DNA of 32,000 bases, from contig MTSL01000101.1 in NCBI GenBank assembly GCA_002794465.1, positions 72,987-104,986 of the forward strand. Direction: 5' to 3'. This document shows, one piece after another, positions 20,633 through 30,234 of the stretch. The position numbers and the translations under genes are program-made. Position 1 is the first letter of the stretch. The number at the start of each line of letters is the position of its first letter. The notes beneath the pieces were generated by a model. The model saw only the letters and a list, made by a program, of their open reading frames with translations, did not search any database and was not told the DNA's origin. The DNA comes from Paramicrosporidium saccamoebae KSL3. Taxonomy: Eukaryota > Fungi > Cryptomycota.

Positions 20633-21102
20633 TATAACATGGTATTCCAACATCTCATGTCCAGTAAATTTCAGAGCGTTTTACAAGAGCTCCTTGATAA
20701 GACACCCTTTATATGATAATCCATTTTACTCTATACGTCGCAGGATTGCATGAGATTGCATTCCCTAATAAGGATCAACATGACTGATGGGTTGATTGGC
20801 ACGTCAACATAAATTAAATACGGAATATTCTTCCGAGGTAGTAGAGCCGCTTTTGAGAGAATATCAGGGGCCGCTGGCGCATTGTAAGCCAAACCCAGTC
20901 AACTTTTAGTTGATCACCCAGAGTTTTTGCAAGTCCCCTATGCATTCTGATGGACGAATCACAGATAACATATATCACGAATATCAATGCTGACACCTTA
21001 CACCCAAACAATTTATGAGGAGGCTAATAAACTTTCTTCTGGGATTATTGCTGGAGCAGACCGATGCATTGACGTTGATGATTCAGCCAGGGCGACGCAG
21101 AA

Positions 21103-21817
21103 ATGCCCGGGATGAAACGTCCTCCCACGGCTATTAGGTCGCCCCTCCCCTCCTCCAGCGAAGGGGCAGTCGACGAACACACTGACTGCTCAGAGACGTC
21201 GCCAAAACGGCTACGTACATATCCCGTCGGTGCGAGGGTACGCTTGTCTATTGTCGCCAACCATATAGGACCCATTCAATCTGGATCCAGACACTTCTAG
21301 CGACCCAAGCGATGGAGAATATGAACGAATTTCAGTTGGCTCCTCCTCAACCCGCGACTCGCGCACCTGGGTAGACAGTGACCCCGACTTGCACACTTAC
21401 ATTGTCTCTGACGACGTGGATGAGGACGAACGCTATGCCCGTCTCCTCCAACAGCAAGAGATTGCGTTGGCACGGTCATTCATGCCAGACGGTTTCTCAG
21501 AGTTGGGCGTTGAATCAGAGGGCAGTCTCGATATGAGCTACGAGGAGCTACTTGAATTACAGGAGAATCTGGGCGAGGTTAAGCAGCGTGGGATGGATGA
21601 TACAAGTATTTCGAGATTGCCGGGTGTGAAATATACAGTGGGGATGGAGGTGGGCTGTGTGGTCTGCATGACCGACTTTGCACAAGACGAATGTCTGGTG
21701 AGGCTGCCATGTATGCACCATTTCCACCAAGACTGTGCAGGAGGATGGCTTCGGGTGCGTGCCAGCTGTCCCGTCTGTCGAGAGATAGTTCCCAACCCGT
21801 CCATCAAAATTGACTGA
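21103..21817 (+). CDS. RING-H2 E3 ubiquitin ligase; join(21103..21237,21269..21817)
   Basis: MSYEELLELQENLGEVKQRG and CVVC...RLPCMHHFHQDCAGGWL...CPVC. A 31-nt intron links the upstream ORF in frame; the start codon is uncertain. Confidence 0.85.
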
Positions 21818-22058
21818 TGAGCCGATAGTATAGATTCAATGTAAATTATGTGAAGTGTTACGTGTTAAGCGTCAAGTTGTCCTAGCAGCTCACCAATGAG
21901 ATTTATATTCAACAGATCATGTAAAGTCTGTGTGGATTTTGATCCGTAACTGTACTTGGAAGATTTAGACTAATGGTCTGACATCTCTAATTAATAGATG
22001 TATATTTGTCCACCCATACCCACACATTTGCATACCCGGCCCCCTAACTAAATTCGTT

Positions 22059-22337
22059 TCATTGATCGAGGACAGCAAGGTAGCGTTTCAATAGAGTAGT
22101 GTCGTGTCTGGGGAAATCGCATCGAGGAACTTGCTTGATGAACCGATGAATGTCGTCACGCAGCTTCTGTACCGTCTCGGCCATCGCCCGGCCTTGCAGT
22201 ACCGCCTCCCTCTTCTCCTCTGTTCGTTGGACCCCATTTGCCCGTTCCACCAGTTGTGCTGCCTCCTCCAACAGTGCCACCACTCGCAACTCTAATGCGT
22301 GTCCTTCTATCCCACAATCCCCGTCTGTCGGAAACAT
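22059..22337 (-). CDS. Small helical protein, possibly Mediator Med11-like
   Basis: 92-aa ATG ORF with two amphipathic helices (LELRVVALLEEAAQLVE; MAETVQKLRDDIHRFI). The family resemblance is weak. Confidence 0.4.
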   Translation of the reverse strand: MFPTDGDCGIEGHALELRVVALLEEAAQLVERANGVQRTEEKREAVLQGRAMAETVQKLRDDIHRFIKQVPRCDFPRHDTTLLKRYLAVLDQ

Positions 22338-22340
22338 TAT

Positions 22341-22601
22341 TTAATGGGCCACCCCGGCTAATTCGGTAGGAAGAAGGAAGTTCGCAACCTTGCCACGACA
22401 GCCCGTAGCCCTCGCGGTGTGGTTGTTGCCAGAGGCGGGCCAAGGCCCGTTATAGGATGCGTAGAGTGACGCTGGACTAGGAACCGCCCCGAAATACATG
22501 AGGTGTCGGGCCCAGTCCATCGACAAGATTACCAACAATAAAATCAAACTACTGACTAGCTGGTCTAACTTTCCCAACGTAGGTGTTGCTATCCGGTCCA
22601 T
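22341..22601 (-). CDS. Small hypothetical membrane protein, faint Tom7-like resemblance
   Basis: 86-aa ATG ORF filling the gap, with a hydrophobic stretch and DWARHLMYFGAVP. May be spliced or spurious. Confidence 0.25.
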   Translation of the reverse strand: MDRIATPTLGKLDQLVSSLILLLVILSMDWARHLMYFGAVPSPASLYASYNGPWPASGNNHTARATGCRGKVANFLLPTELAGVAH

Positions 22602-22702
22602 AGTGTAGTATCATATTGTAATATTAATGTTTCACATTCATGGCTTTTATAGTGTGTGGCGGTGCCATAATGCGTAATTTCCATTTTGGGACAGCCAGGA
22701 CC

Positions 22703-23953
22703 ATGTTGACACGTCGCTGGTTCAGTGGAAAGACGCCGTCGGCATTTCTTGCGGGTGCACTGCAGTACACAGCGGGTGCACCGTCGTCATCGCGGTCCCT
22801 GGTGCAGGTCCGGGTGCGTCGTCCAGCGAGGTCACACTTGATGAGTGTCATTTGGCGACACCGAATGCGCACGGCAACGAGTCCGACTTCGGTGCATATT
22901 GTCCGCGAAAAGACGACAGTGCACGGGGAGAAGCGGATTAGTGACTCGTTCTGTGAGGTACTGTTGCCGTTCCGCACCGAAACGACGCTGTTGGAAGAGT
23001 ATGCGAGTATGCACGGGGGACTGCGGTTTGGGAAGCTGTTGGAGGACTTGGACGCGCTGGCAGCGTCGATTGCATATTTGCACTGCGACGACGCGGGACT
23101 GACGCTTGTGACGGCGGCAGTGGACCGCATTGACCTGTTGAAACAATTTGACAGCGTGGTCAGCGATATTCGCATGCGCGGCTTTGTCACATACGTGGGA
23201 ACAAGCTCAATGGAGGTGACTATGGCCGTCGACATGGACGAGGCGAACGGCTGGGAGTTGGCCGCCTTGGCCAAGTTTGTCTTTGTGGCACGCAGTCAGG
23301 ATGGAAGCACCGCCGTCAAAGTACCGCGATTAGTGTTGGAGACGGCCCGCGAGCAGGAAATATACGACTTGGGCAAGGCGCGACACAAATATCGACTGAG
23401 TCGGAGTGCGCAATCCCTTTTCCACCAGCCGCCCACCGAGACAGAGAGCATGATTCTGCATCGGCTGCTCATGCGACCGGATTCGGATGCGCATGTCTGG
23501 CCAATGCGCAGTACCGAGTTAACTTCGCTGCGTATATGTCATCCACAGGAGCGCAATATTCACAACTTTATCTTTGGAGGATATTTGATGCGTGAGGCCT
23601 TTGAATTGGCATACTCTACAGTCGCTCTGTTCACACGGGGCGCAGCCTTGACAGTGACGACGGTGGACGATGTCACCTTTGTACATCCCGTGGCTATTGG
23701 TTCCATGCTCAGTTTCTGTGCACGGATTGTCTACACGGATCAATGTCCGACCATGGCCGATCAACAACGTTTGCACGTAGAAGTGGTGGCAGATGTCATT
23801 GATCCAAAGAATGGCACACGTGTCACCACCAATACCTTTCACTACACCTTTACCCGACCCACCACCGATTTTGTTACTGTGGTGCCCGAAACTTATACCG
23901 AAGCTATGCGATATCTGGAAGGAAAACGTCGTGTCGAGTCTAAACAGGATTAA
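22703..23953 (+). CDS. Double-hotdog acyl-CoA thioesterase (ACOT9/10-like), probably mitochondrial
   Basis: GLRFGKLLEDLDALAASIAYLHC, VTAAVDRIDL, YVGTSSMEV, HPQERNIHNFIFGGYLMREAFELA, DDVTFVHPVAIGS. Arg/Ser-rich presequence-like start MLTRRWFS; upstream ATGs exist. Confidence 0.9.
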   Translation: MLTRRWFSGKTPSAFLAGALQYTAGAPSSSRSLVQVRVRRPARSHLMSVIWRHRMRTATSPTSVHIVREKTTVHGEKRISDSFCEVLLPFRTETTLLEEYASMHGGLRFGKLLEDLDALAASIAYLHCDDAGLTLVTAAVDRIDLLKQFDSVVSDIRMRGFVTYVGTSSMEVTMAVDMDEANGWELAALAKFVFVARSQDGSTAVKVPRLVLETAREQEIYDLGKARHKYRLSRSAQSLFHQPPTETESMILHRLLMRPDSDAHVWPMRSTELTSLRICHPQERNIHNFIFGGYLMREAFELAYSTVALFTRGAALTVTTVDDVTFVHPVAIGSMLSFCARIVYTDQCPTMADQQRLHVEVVADVIDPKNGTRVTTNTFHYTFTRPTTDFVTVVPETYTEAMRYLEGKRRVESKQD

Positions 23954-24189
23954 CTGTGAATTGGCAATGTTGAATTACCGAGTTGATAACAAGAGTCCAG
24001 AGTAAAGGCTCATTTATGGAGCGAATGATAGTGGAAGCGCCACGGACCAAGTCTCTACTGTTTAGTAGGCAAGAGGAGAACTCATTCACTGTCGTTTGGT
24101 GTTGATCCGACGGCCTATTTCTAGTCTCAAAAATGATATACTAGTAATCTTAAAATAATATAGATACAGGTTTCACTGTCCCAAAGAAT

Positions 24190-24410
24190 ATGGCAATCGA
24201 TCTGTCGCGTAGTGGGGATAATACCACGGCCCAGTTTAGATGAGAAGAGAATTTATTCAGTCAGTCCAACGACCCATTTATAGTCTCACAAATAACATAA
24301 CCCTCAAATGGTAAGGATCTCATTATCCTTCATCGATTGTTCTGATTATCCCTTCTCCAACCTAGGGAACTATTTCCGAAAGACATGCCAATCAGTCTTC
24401 TACGTCACAA
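24190..24410. repeat. Dispersed intergenic repeat, copy 2
   Basis: GGCAATCGATCTGTCGCGTAGTGGGGATAATACCACGG, CTTCTCCAACCTAGGGAAC and TCTACGTCACA match copy 1 collinearly. Confidence 0.7.
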
Positions 24411-24527
24411 ATCCACTTTAACACGTATGTTTGGCCTAGAGATGATGTGTTGCTGTTAAAAACATCACAGAGTGTACGGATCAAAATTTCAATTTTTAAT
24501 ACAATCTTCACACAACGAAAAACTAAA

Positions 24528-27479
24528 TTACGCCTTTCCAGTGTACTTGTACTCATCTCTATATGTTTTGATCAGATTGCGCAAGATGACTTTGGAGTCA
24601 TCGGTGGTTGCAAATCGCATCAGTCGCTCCATCGGATTGCTGTCAAAGTACTTTTCAGTGGACGGAGGCGTGTCCAAATGACGCAGCAACATGCACATGG
24701 CGGGAAGTTGCAGTAGTCGGAGATTAGCAGACAAACTACAATGGGCAAGCAGAAGCGGCGCAACATAGTAATGTTGATCGGCCTGTCGATGAGTGGCAAA
24801 GTCCAATAGCAAACGTGCCGTTCGGGGCTGCGACATCCAACGCACAAGAAGGGACAACAACACCGGCCGTCTGCGTAGCAATGCATTCCAATGGTTTTGC
24901 ATCAGTACAGACAGCAGGGAAATGACGCCCGGATCGTCGGATCGGACGAGGATGGCCAATACGACGTCAAGGATTTGAGAAAAGGTACCGAGATTAGCAC
25001 CACCACAGACCGTGCGATGATGGAGTAGTTTAATCCACGCGCCGGACTGGTTAGAGTGAGTAAGGATGAAGCGATCAACCACCGGACAGGCGAGTAATTG
25101 ACATTCCACAGATTGGATCAAAAATGCATCCAAAAGAGATATCATCCGGTCACTAAATCCTTGGGTCTCGAGAGTGGCAAGGACAGCAGAAATGTCATCA
25201 GGATTGGAGCCCCTGATGAAACGTGCCAAATCCGTTCCAGACAGCAAATTTCCCTGTAGATATTCGTCGCTAGCCTTTTGGAGATTTACATCGGCAAGAT
25301 GTCCCAGCCCTGACTCGTAAAATGCAATGCGCATCCTCCACCGTTGTGACTCTGAAAGACCGATTTGCATAGTGCAATCCCGATCGAGATGTCGACTAAT
25401 ACAGCATCCCAATCGGTAGAATTCTGGCCGGGTTGCATTCGTTGGGTTTGATGAGGTTGGTTGGGGTAAATTAGACGTATCTAGCGGACTTGCTGTATCC
25501 GTTGTATTCATTGCATCCATTACAGCCACTGTATCCAGTGTATTCTCCGCACTCGCCACGTCCATCACACTCATTGCATCTAATGATAAAAATGCCTCAA
25601 CAATGGGCTGCAATTGGGACGGAGAGAGTTTCTCAAGAATATTGACAACACTGATCATTTGATGCAGAGAAGCAGCGGCAAATTCCTGGACAAATTCAAC
25701 AGAAACGGATCCACGTTCAAAAAGTAGCAATTTGATTGGGGAAGCACCGCATCGGAACAAACGCTCCATCATGTCAACAGGAAAGGCGCCGTGAAGCAGC
25801 TTGGCCAAATGGGGTTCATGAAGGCTGTTGGATCGATCCAGTACATTTAGACAGGTCAGACAAACTTCCGCACTAGGAGTTATTGGAAGATGTTTCAAGA
25901 TGATTGGGAGATTGTCCAGATTTTCCAACAGCAGTTGATCGACATTGGGCACTGTCTCCCAAAACACGGCACTGGTTAGAATCCATTCTGGAGGGGATTT
26001 GAGGGAGAGTTGTGTTCCATGGCAAAGTAACTTGGGAAGATAGCGATACGAAATCTCCGGATCGTCCATCCGAGTGGGAATGGGGCCGTGTCCTTTGAGT
26101 GCAAGCGCCGTCTGTACTGCGGGACAGTCTACACTAAATGCGGAAATTTCTTGGTAAAGTTCAGCGTCGAGATCTGCAGTGTCCACAATCAATTGAAGTA
26201 CCCGAAACAGATCCTCCGAGGGCGGAGTAGACAGAAGGATACGGATATGCAGAGCCACTTGCTCCACATTGATAGTAGCGAATAGATTCAACCAACGCAT
26301 TGCCGTGATCGTTGGTTTCTGCACTAGCGACGCAATAATCTCTTGAGAAACCCGCGAATGGAGAGTTACGATCAGAGGACGTAGACTTTTGATCAGCTCT
26401 AATGGAATGTCTGTCTCTAAAGACTCGACAATAAACCGATCCAACTGACGGGCATCGGCCATATTCTTGACGACATTTCTAAACAGCAATTCCCAGCCCG
26501 TCTTGAAGAGGACAAAGAACCGATGCAGATGTGGCGTCATTAATCCCATATCCACCCGAAGGACACTCTCAAACACGGCTAAATCGTCACAGCATAACAA
26601 AATATCGTCAAGGGTCTTGGCGCAGACATCCCATGCCAAGTCGTTCTGCAGCGCCGATATCCGCGAATCTGCCAGAATGGAAATTAGTCGGGCCGGAGGG
26701 GTTTTTGCGACATTGTAAATCGTCTTGAACAAGGTCATTGTAGTCATTCTAAAGTCTCCTGTCGTCAGTCGGCTCCTCGCTGCCTCAATATACAACTCAA
26801 AATACAGCCCCAACGGCAGATCAGATGCCACAATGGGTGCATGATGGTCCAGGAACGCTTCTTCGCAGAGGAAAAAGTCCCTTATGACGCGTCTTATGAC
26901 TGTCTCGTCGGGAATTAGAGGAGCGAACTGGAGCATTTGATCCGCAAGTTCCCCATACACTTTACGTCGGTTATTCTGTCGGCCCATCCATGCACTGACC
27001 ATCCTACCGATTGTTGGAAATGTCCTTACGGCAGTTGGATGGGTTTTGATAGCAGCACGAAGGAGTTCGTCCATGGACTTGGTTGTCGTCCCCAATACCT
27101 CTTCATGTTCCTCCATCCATTGGAGACATTTTTGCACGTCCTCAGCGCATGCACCACGGCCAAACTCGAGATACGCCGTTAGAATGGGGATGAACGGACG
27201 TCCAAATTCGACCCGTCGTCGCTTCCCAGGTTGACTGTCCGTGAGTAAAAGATGCATCAACCTCCAGAACTGTTCATTTTGCATTACATCGGAAATCTTG
27301 TTTGAGCCCGACTTGAGGAGACGGTAAAAACTATCCAACAGCCACTCTAGTAAAAAGGTTCTCCGTGCCGGAAACACCAACGAGTCATCCTCATGCAGCT
27401 CCAAGGCTGTTCCCAGACGATCAACGAGTAGTCTTCGGGAATCCCGGATCACCTCAATACGCTCCATACACCCCGGCAT
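24528..27479 (-). CDS. URB2: Large alpha-helical protein, Urb2/Npa2 nucleolar pre-ribosomal factor-like
   Basis: 983-aa single ORF. N-terminal FPARRTFLLEWLLD and C-terminal KVILRNLIKTYRDEYKYTGKA resemble the conserved ends of Urb2 as recalled. Confidence 0.6.
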   Translation of the reverse strand: MPGCMERIEVIRDSRRLLVDRLGTALELHEDDSLVFPARRTFLLEWLLDSFYRLLKSGSNKISDVMQNEQFWRLMHLLLTDSQPGKRRRVEFGRPFIPILTAYLEFGRGACAEDVQKCLQWMEEHEEVLGTTTKSMDELLRAAIKTHPTAVRTFPTIGRMVSAWMGRQNNRRKVYGELADQMLQFAPLIPDETVIRRVIRDFFLCEEAFLDHHAPIVASDLPLGLYFELYIEAARSRLTTGDFRMTTMTLFKTIYNVAKTPPARLISILADSRISALQNDLAWDVCAKTLDDILLCCDDLAVFESVLRVDMGLMTPHLHRFFVLFKTGWELLFRNVVKNMADARQLDRFIVESLETDIPLELIKSLRPLIVTLHSRVSQEIIASLVQKPTITAMRWLNLFATINVEQVALHIRILLSTPPSEDLFRVLQLIVDTADLDAELYQEISAFSVDCPAVQTALALKGHGPIPTRMDDPEISYRYLPKLLCHGTQLSLKSPPEWILTSAVFWETVPNVDQLLLENLDNLPIILKHLPITPSAEVCLTCLNVLDRSNSLHEPHLAKLLHGAFPVDMMERLFRCGASPIKLLLFERGSVSVEFVQEFAAASLHQMISVVNILEKLSPSQLQPIVEAFLSLDAMSVMDVASAENTLDTVAVMDAMNTTDTASPLDTSNLPQPTSSNPTNATRPEFYRLGCCISRHLDRDCTMQIGLSESQRWRMRIAFYESGLGHLADVNLQKASDEYLQGNLLSGTDLARFIRGSNPDDISAVLATLETQGFSDRMISLLDAFLIQSVECQLLACPVVDRFILTHSNQSGAWIKLLHHRTVCGGANLGTFSQILDVVLAILVRSDDPGVISLLSVLMQNHWNALLRRRPVLLSLLVRWMSQPRTARLLLDFATHRQADQHYYVAPLLLAHCSLSANLRLLQLPAMCMLLRHLDTPPSTEKYFDSNPMERLMRFATTDDSKVILRNLIKTYRDEYKYTGKA

Positions 27480-27613
27480 TCATGTTGATAGGACATTTAT
27501 ATTTGTAATCTGATATTCATTGGCTGATTATTATGCTATATTGGCCCATTATATACCCATTCTGACTTGAATTGTGAATTCCATTCTTGTCTATCCTTAT
27601 CCCCTTTATCTTC

Positions 27614-28861
27614 TTACTTGAAACCTTTATCGGATCCCCGCTCTTGACAGAGGAGATAGAAATCTCGGATAATATGGGGCGATCCAAATATCACCAGTAA
27701 TTCCTCGCGCATATCAGTGAGCACATCGACGAGTTCAGTGTGATTAGTGACAGTCGGATTCTGTCCATGTTGATTGTAGAGAATACGGCAAAGCTCGTGT
27801 CGATCAGCGGGGTGGATCCACGGATAATCGTCAGACGGCTTAAAATTGACAAAACTGAACCGGAATCGTCCCGTCCCCAGAGATCGCAGCATATTCTCCA
27901 ACAAATGTGTCCCCTTGTCGCTCATTCCCAATACCAAATGCACATTCTCCGCTGAAACGCTATTCCGAAGCCATGTGCAGAGGGTAGAACCGCTGTTTTG
28001 GGCGGCGTCCAAGATGATCCGTCGATTTTGGTAGTAAAACTCTTTAAAGACGTGTGGGAGGGCCAACGAGACAAAGGTACCCAAACTGGGTCGACGAAGG
28101 GGAGCGCCATTGATCTGTTCCAATAGGGGGGAAACTAGTTGGTAGGTACGCAGGGCGAGATCCACATTGTCTTCTATCTGATGGCCTGGAATGGGTAAAA
28201 CAAAATCCTTGGCAGTCAGCTGATCCGACAAATGGCCGGACTGATAGTCTGAAGAGGCAATCGTCAAATCCATGCGGCTCAGACATGTTTGCACCGCCTC
28301 GGACTGACTGGCCGCCACGACCACAGACGCTGCTGGGCGTACTATGCCGACAATATTGGCAACAATACATTCCACGCCCGTTCCCAACAGACGCGTATGG
28401 TCCTCGGCAATATTGGTCACCACTGCGGCCAATTGTCGCCCTTGCGCATGGGCCAACAAATTGGTCGCATCAAAGGTACCACCCAGAGCCGCCTCAAGGA
28501 CGACAACATCACATTGCCATTCGCGGAACAGAAGCAGAGCCACCAAAACTGTCTTCTCATAGACTGTACAGGCGGTGGAAAATATCTCATCCATCTTGCT
28601 GACATGGCGCCACAACTCTGCATAATGGCTCGAATCCACGGGGGTTTCATTGAGCAGGATGCCGGATTGCGGAGGGGAGGAATGCACAAAGGTGCCAATA
28701 CGCAATCGACTGCCGGTGCAGAGGAGTCTGGTCAGTAGCAACGCCACCGTAGTTTTGCCATTAATGCCGCCCACATGGATGTAGTTGGGTAGGTCGTTCT
28801 GCGGGTTCTGTAGATGGTGCGCCAGTCGCAATGGCTTCTCTAGACTGAATGTGATAGTCAT
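27614..28861 (-). CDS. FolC-family dihydrofolate/folylpolyglutamate synthase-like, divergent
   Basis: IHVGGINGKTT, DVVVLEAALGGTFDATN, VTNIAEDHTRLLG, IILDAAQN, LVIFGS. The start may be 28861 or slightly upstream. Confidence 0.85.
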   Translation of the reverse strand: MTITFSLEKPLRLAHHLQNPQNDLPNYIHVGGINGKTTVALLLTRLLCTGSRLRIGTFVHSSPPQSGILLNETPVDSSHYAELWRHVSKMDEIFSTACTVYEKTVLVALLLFREWQCDVVVLEAALGGTFDATNLLAHAQGRQLAAVVTNIAEDHTRLLGTGVECIVANIVGIVRPAASVVVAASQSEAVQTCLSRMDLTIASSDYQSGHLSDQLTAKDFVLPIPGHQIEDNVDLALRTYQLVSPLLEQINGAPLRRPSLGTFVSLALPHVFKEFYYQNRRIILDAAQNSGSTLCTWLRNSVSAENVHLVLGMSDKGTHLLENMLRSLGTGRFRFSFVNFKPSDDYPWIHPADRHELCRILYNQHGQNPTVTNHTELVDVLTDMREELLVIFGSPHIIRDFYLLCQERGSDKGFK

Positions 28862-29015
28862 GGAAAGACTAATGAGACAAGCCAAAATATAAAGCCGTCA
28901 TGAAGCCAATCGCATTGACATCAGATAACCGTCATGCATTAATTAATATTCGTAAAGGTGCAGCATAAGCGACTGCCCCGGAAGGGACGTCTGTATACGC
29001 TGAAGGGCCGTCTGG

Positions 29016-29698
29016 ATGGGCGCCTTCTTTACGCGACTGTTTGAGCGCCTACGCGGCACCCGTGAGGTGCGCCTGCTGATGCTGGGCCTGGACAATGCCG
29101 GCAAAACCAGTACGCATCCTGTGGTCGAACGTGTGTGTAGCCATTCTGTACAAACTTAAATTCAACCAGACCGTGACCACCATCCCAACCGCCGGGTTCA
29201 ACGTCGAATGTCTCATCCACAAGAACATCAAGTTCCACGTGTGGGTACGGAGGGAGTGTGGCTGACGTGTAGGACGTGGGAGGACAGGACAAGATCCGGC
29301 CATTATGGCGCCACTACCACACGGGCACTAAGGCCCTCATCTTTGTGGTAGACTCACAGGACCGGGACCGGCTGCACGAGGCACGTGTTGAGCTCCACCG
29401 GATCCTGACGGCACGGGAGCTACAAGACGCGATCCTACTGGTGTTTGCCAACAAACAGGATCTGCGGCAGTCCATGACGACGCGGGAGGTGGAGGAGCGC
29501 CTGGGTTTGGACAAGTTTGCAGGCCGAGTGTGGACGGTTATGGGCAGCTGTGCCACCAGCGGCGACGGACTGATGGAAGGTCTCAACTGGCTAGCCGAGA
29601 ACATTCGGACACCACGCACCCGACCCGCTGGTCCTGATGTTTCAGATTCAGAAGGATCAACCAGTGCACCTGACCCAGTGGTTGTCTCTAGTCCATAA
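29016..29698 (+). CDS. ARF6: ADP-ribosylation factor 6-like GTPase; join(29016..29109,29141..29244,29273..29698)
   Basis: MG start, [43 protein letters not shown]. Introns of 31 and 28 nt; about 25 aa of C-terminal extension. Confidence 0.9.
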
Positions 29699-29780
29699 TG
29701 TGCCTACTACTGTGTGTCTAATATTCGGGGGGATTAACAAATGCACCCGACCCAGTAGTTGTCTCCAGTCCATAATGTGC
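29665..29780 (+). repeat. Duplication of the ARF6 3' end including the stop codon, period 77 nt
   Basis: TGCACCTGACCCAGTGGTTGTCTCTAGTCCATAATGTGC at 29665 and TGCACCCGACCCAGTAGTTGTCTCCAGTCCATAATGTGC at 29742. Confidence 0.85.
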
Positions 29781-29805
29781 GTGATTACGTGTGCCTAATA
29801 TATCT

Positions 29806-29990
29806 TTGATTTTGTCATATATTCTAGAGGTAGGATAGCATTGGCTTTGTCATAGTGAGATGGTATTGATTTTGCCATATGATGGGATATTATTGATTTT
29901 ACCATCTAATGAGCTAGTATTGACTTTGTCATATAACGAGAGGATTTTGACTTTGCCATATAATGTGATGATATTGACTGTGTCTTACAA
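29806..29990. repeat. 27-bp degenerate minisatellite upstream of the kinase gene
   Basis: The TTGAYTTTGYCATAT core recurs at 29866, 29893, 29920, 29947 and 29974, with more degenerate units at 29806 and 29841. Confidence 0.85.
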
Positions 29991-30234
29991 ATCCACCTCG
30001 AATACTCCAACCCTACTAGCAAGATCCGACTCGGTGAGAGTGGCAATTTGCCATATATTTAATAAAACACTACCCTTATGTTTCGTTTTACCCTATCTCA
30101 AGCCCAATCCCTATCTCTGTCCCTATCCCAATCCCCCAACTGGACGACCTAATAATCCCGGTTTGGATACCTCGACTGTTTATTGGACCAAACATGCCCC
30201 GGTCAACCCAAGGACACCACAGACCGACACTCAG

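Noticed and set aside
20519-21011. Short ORFs 20519-20716 (+) and 20814-21011 (-)
   Set aside because: No recognisable family; the first overlaps the dispersed repeat and lacks an ATG start.
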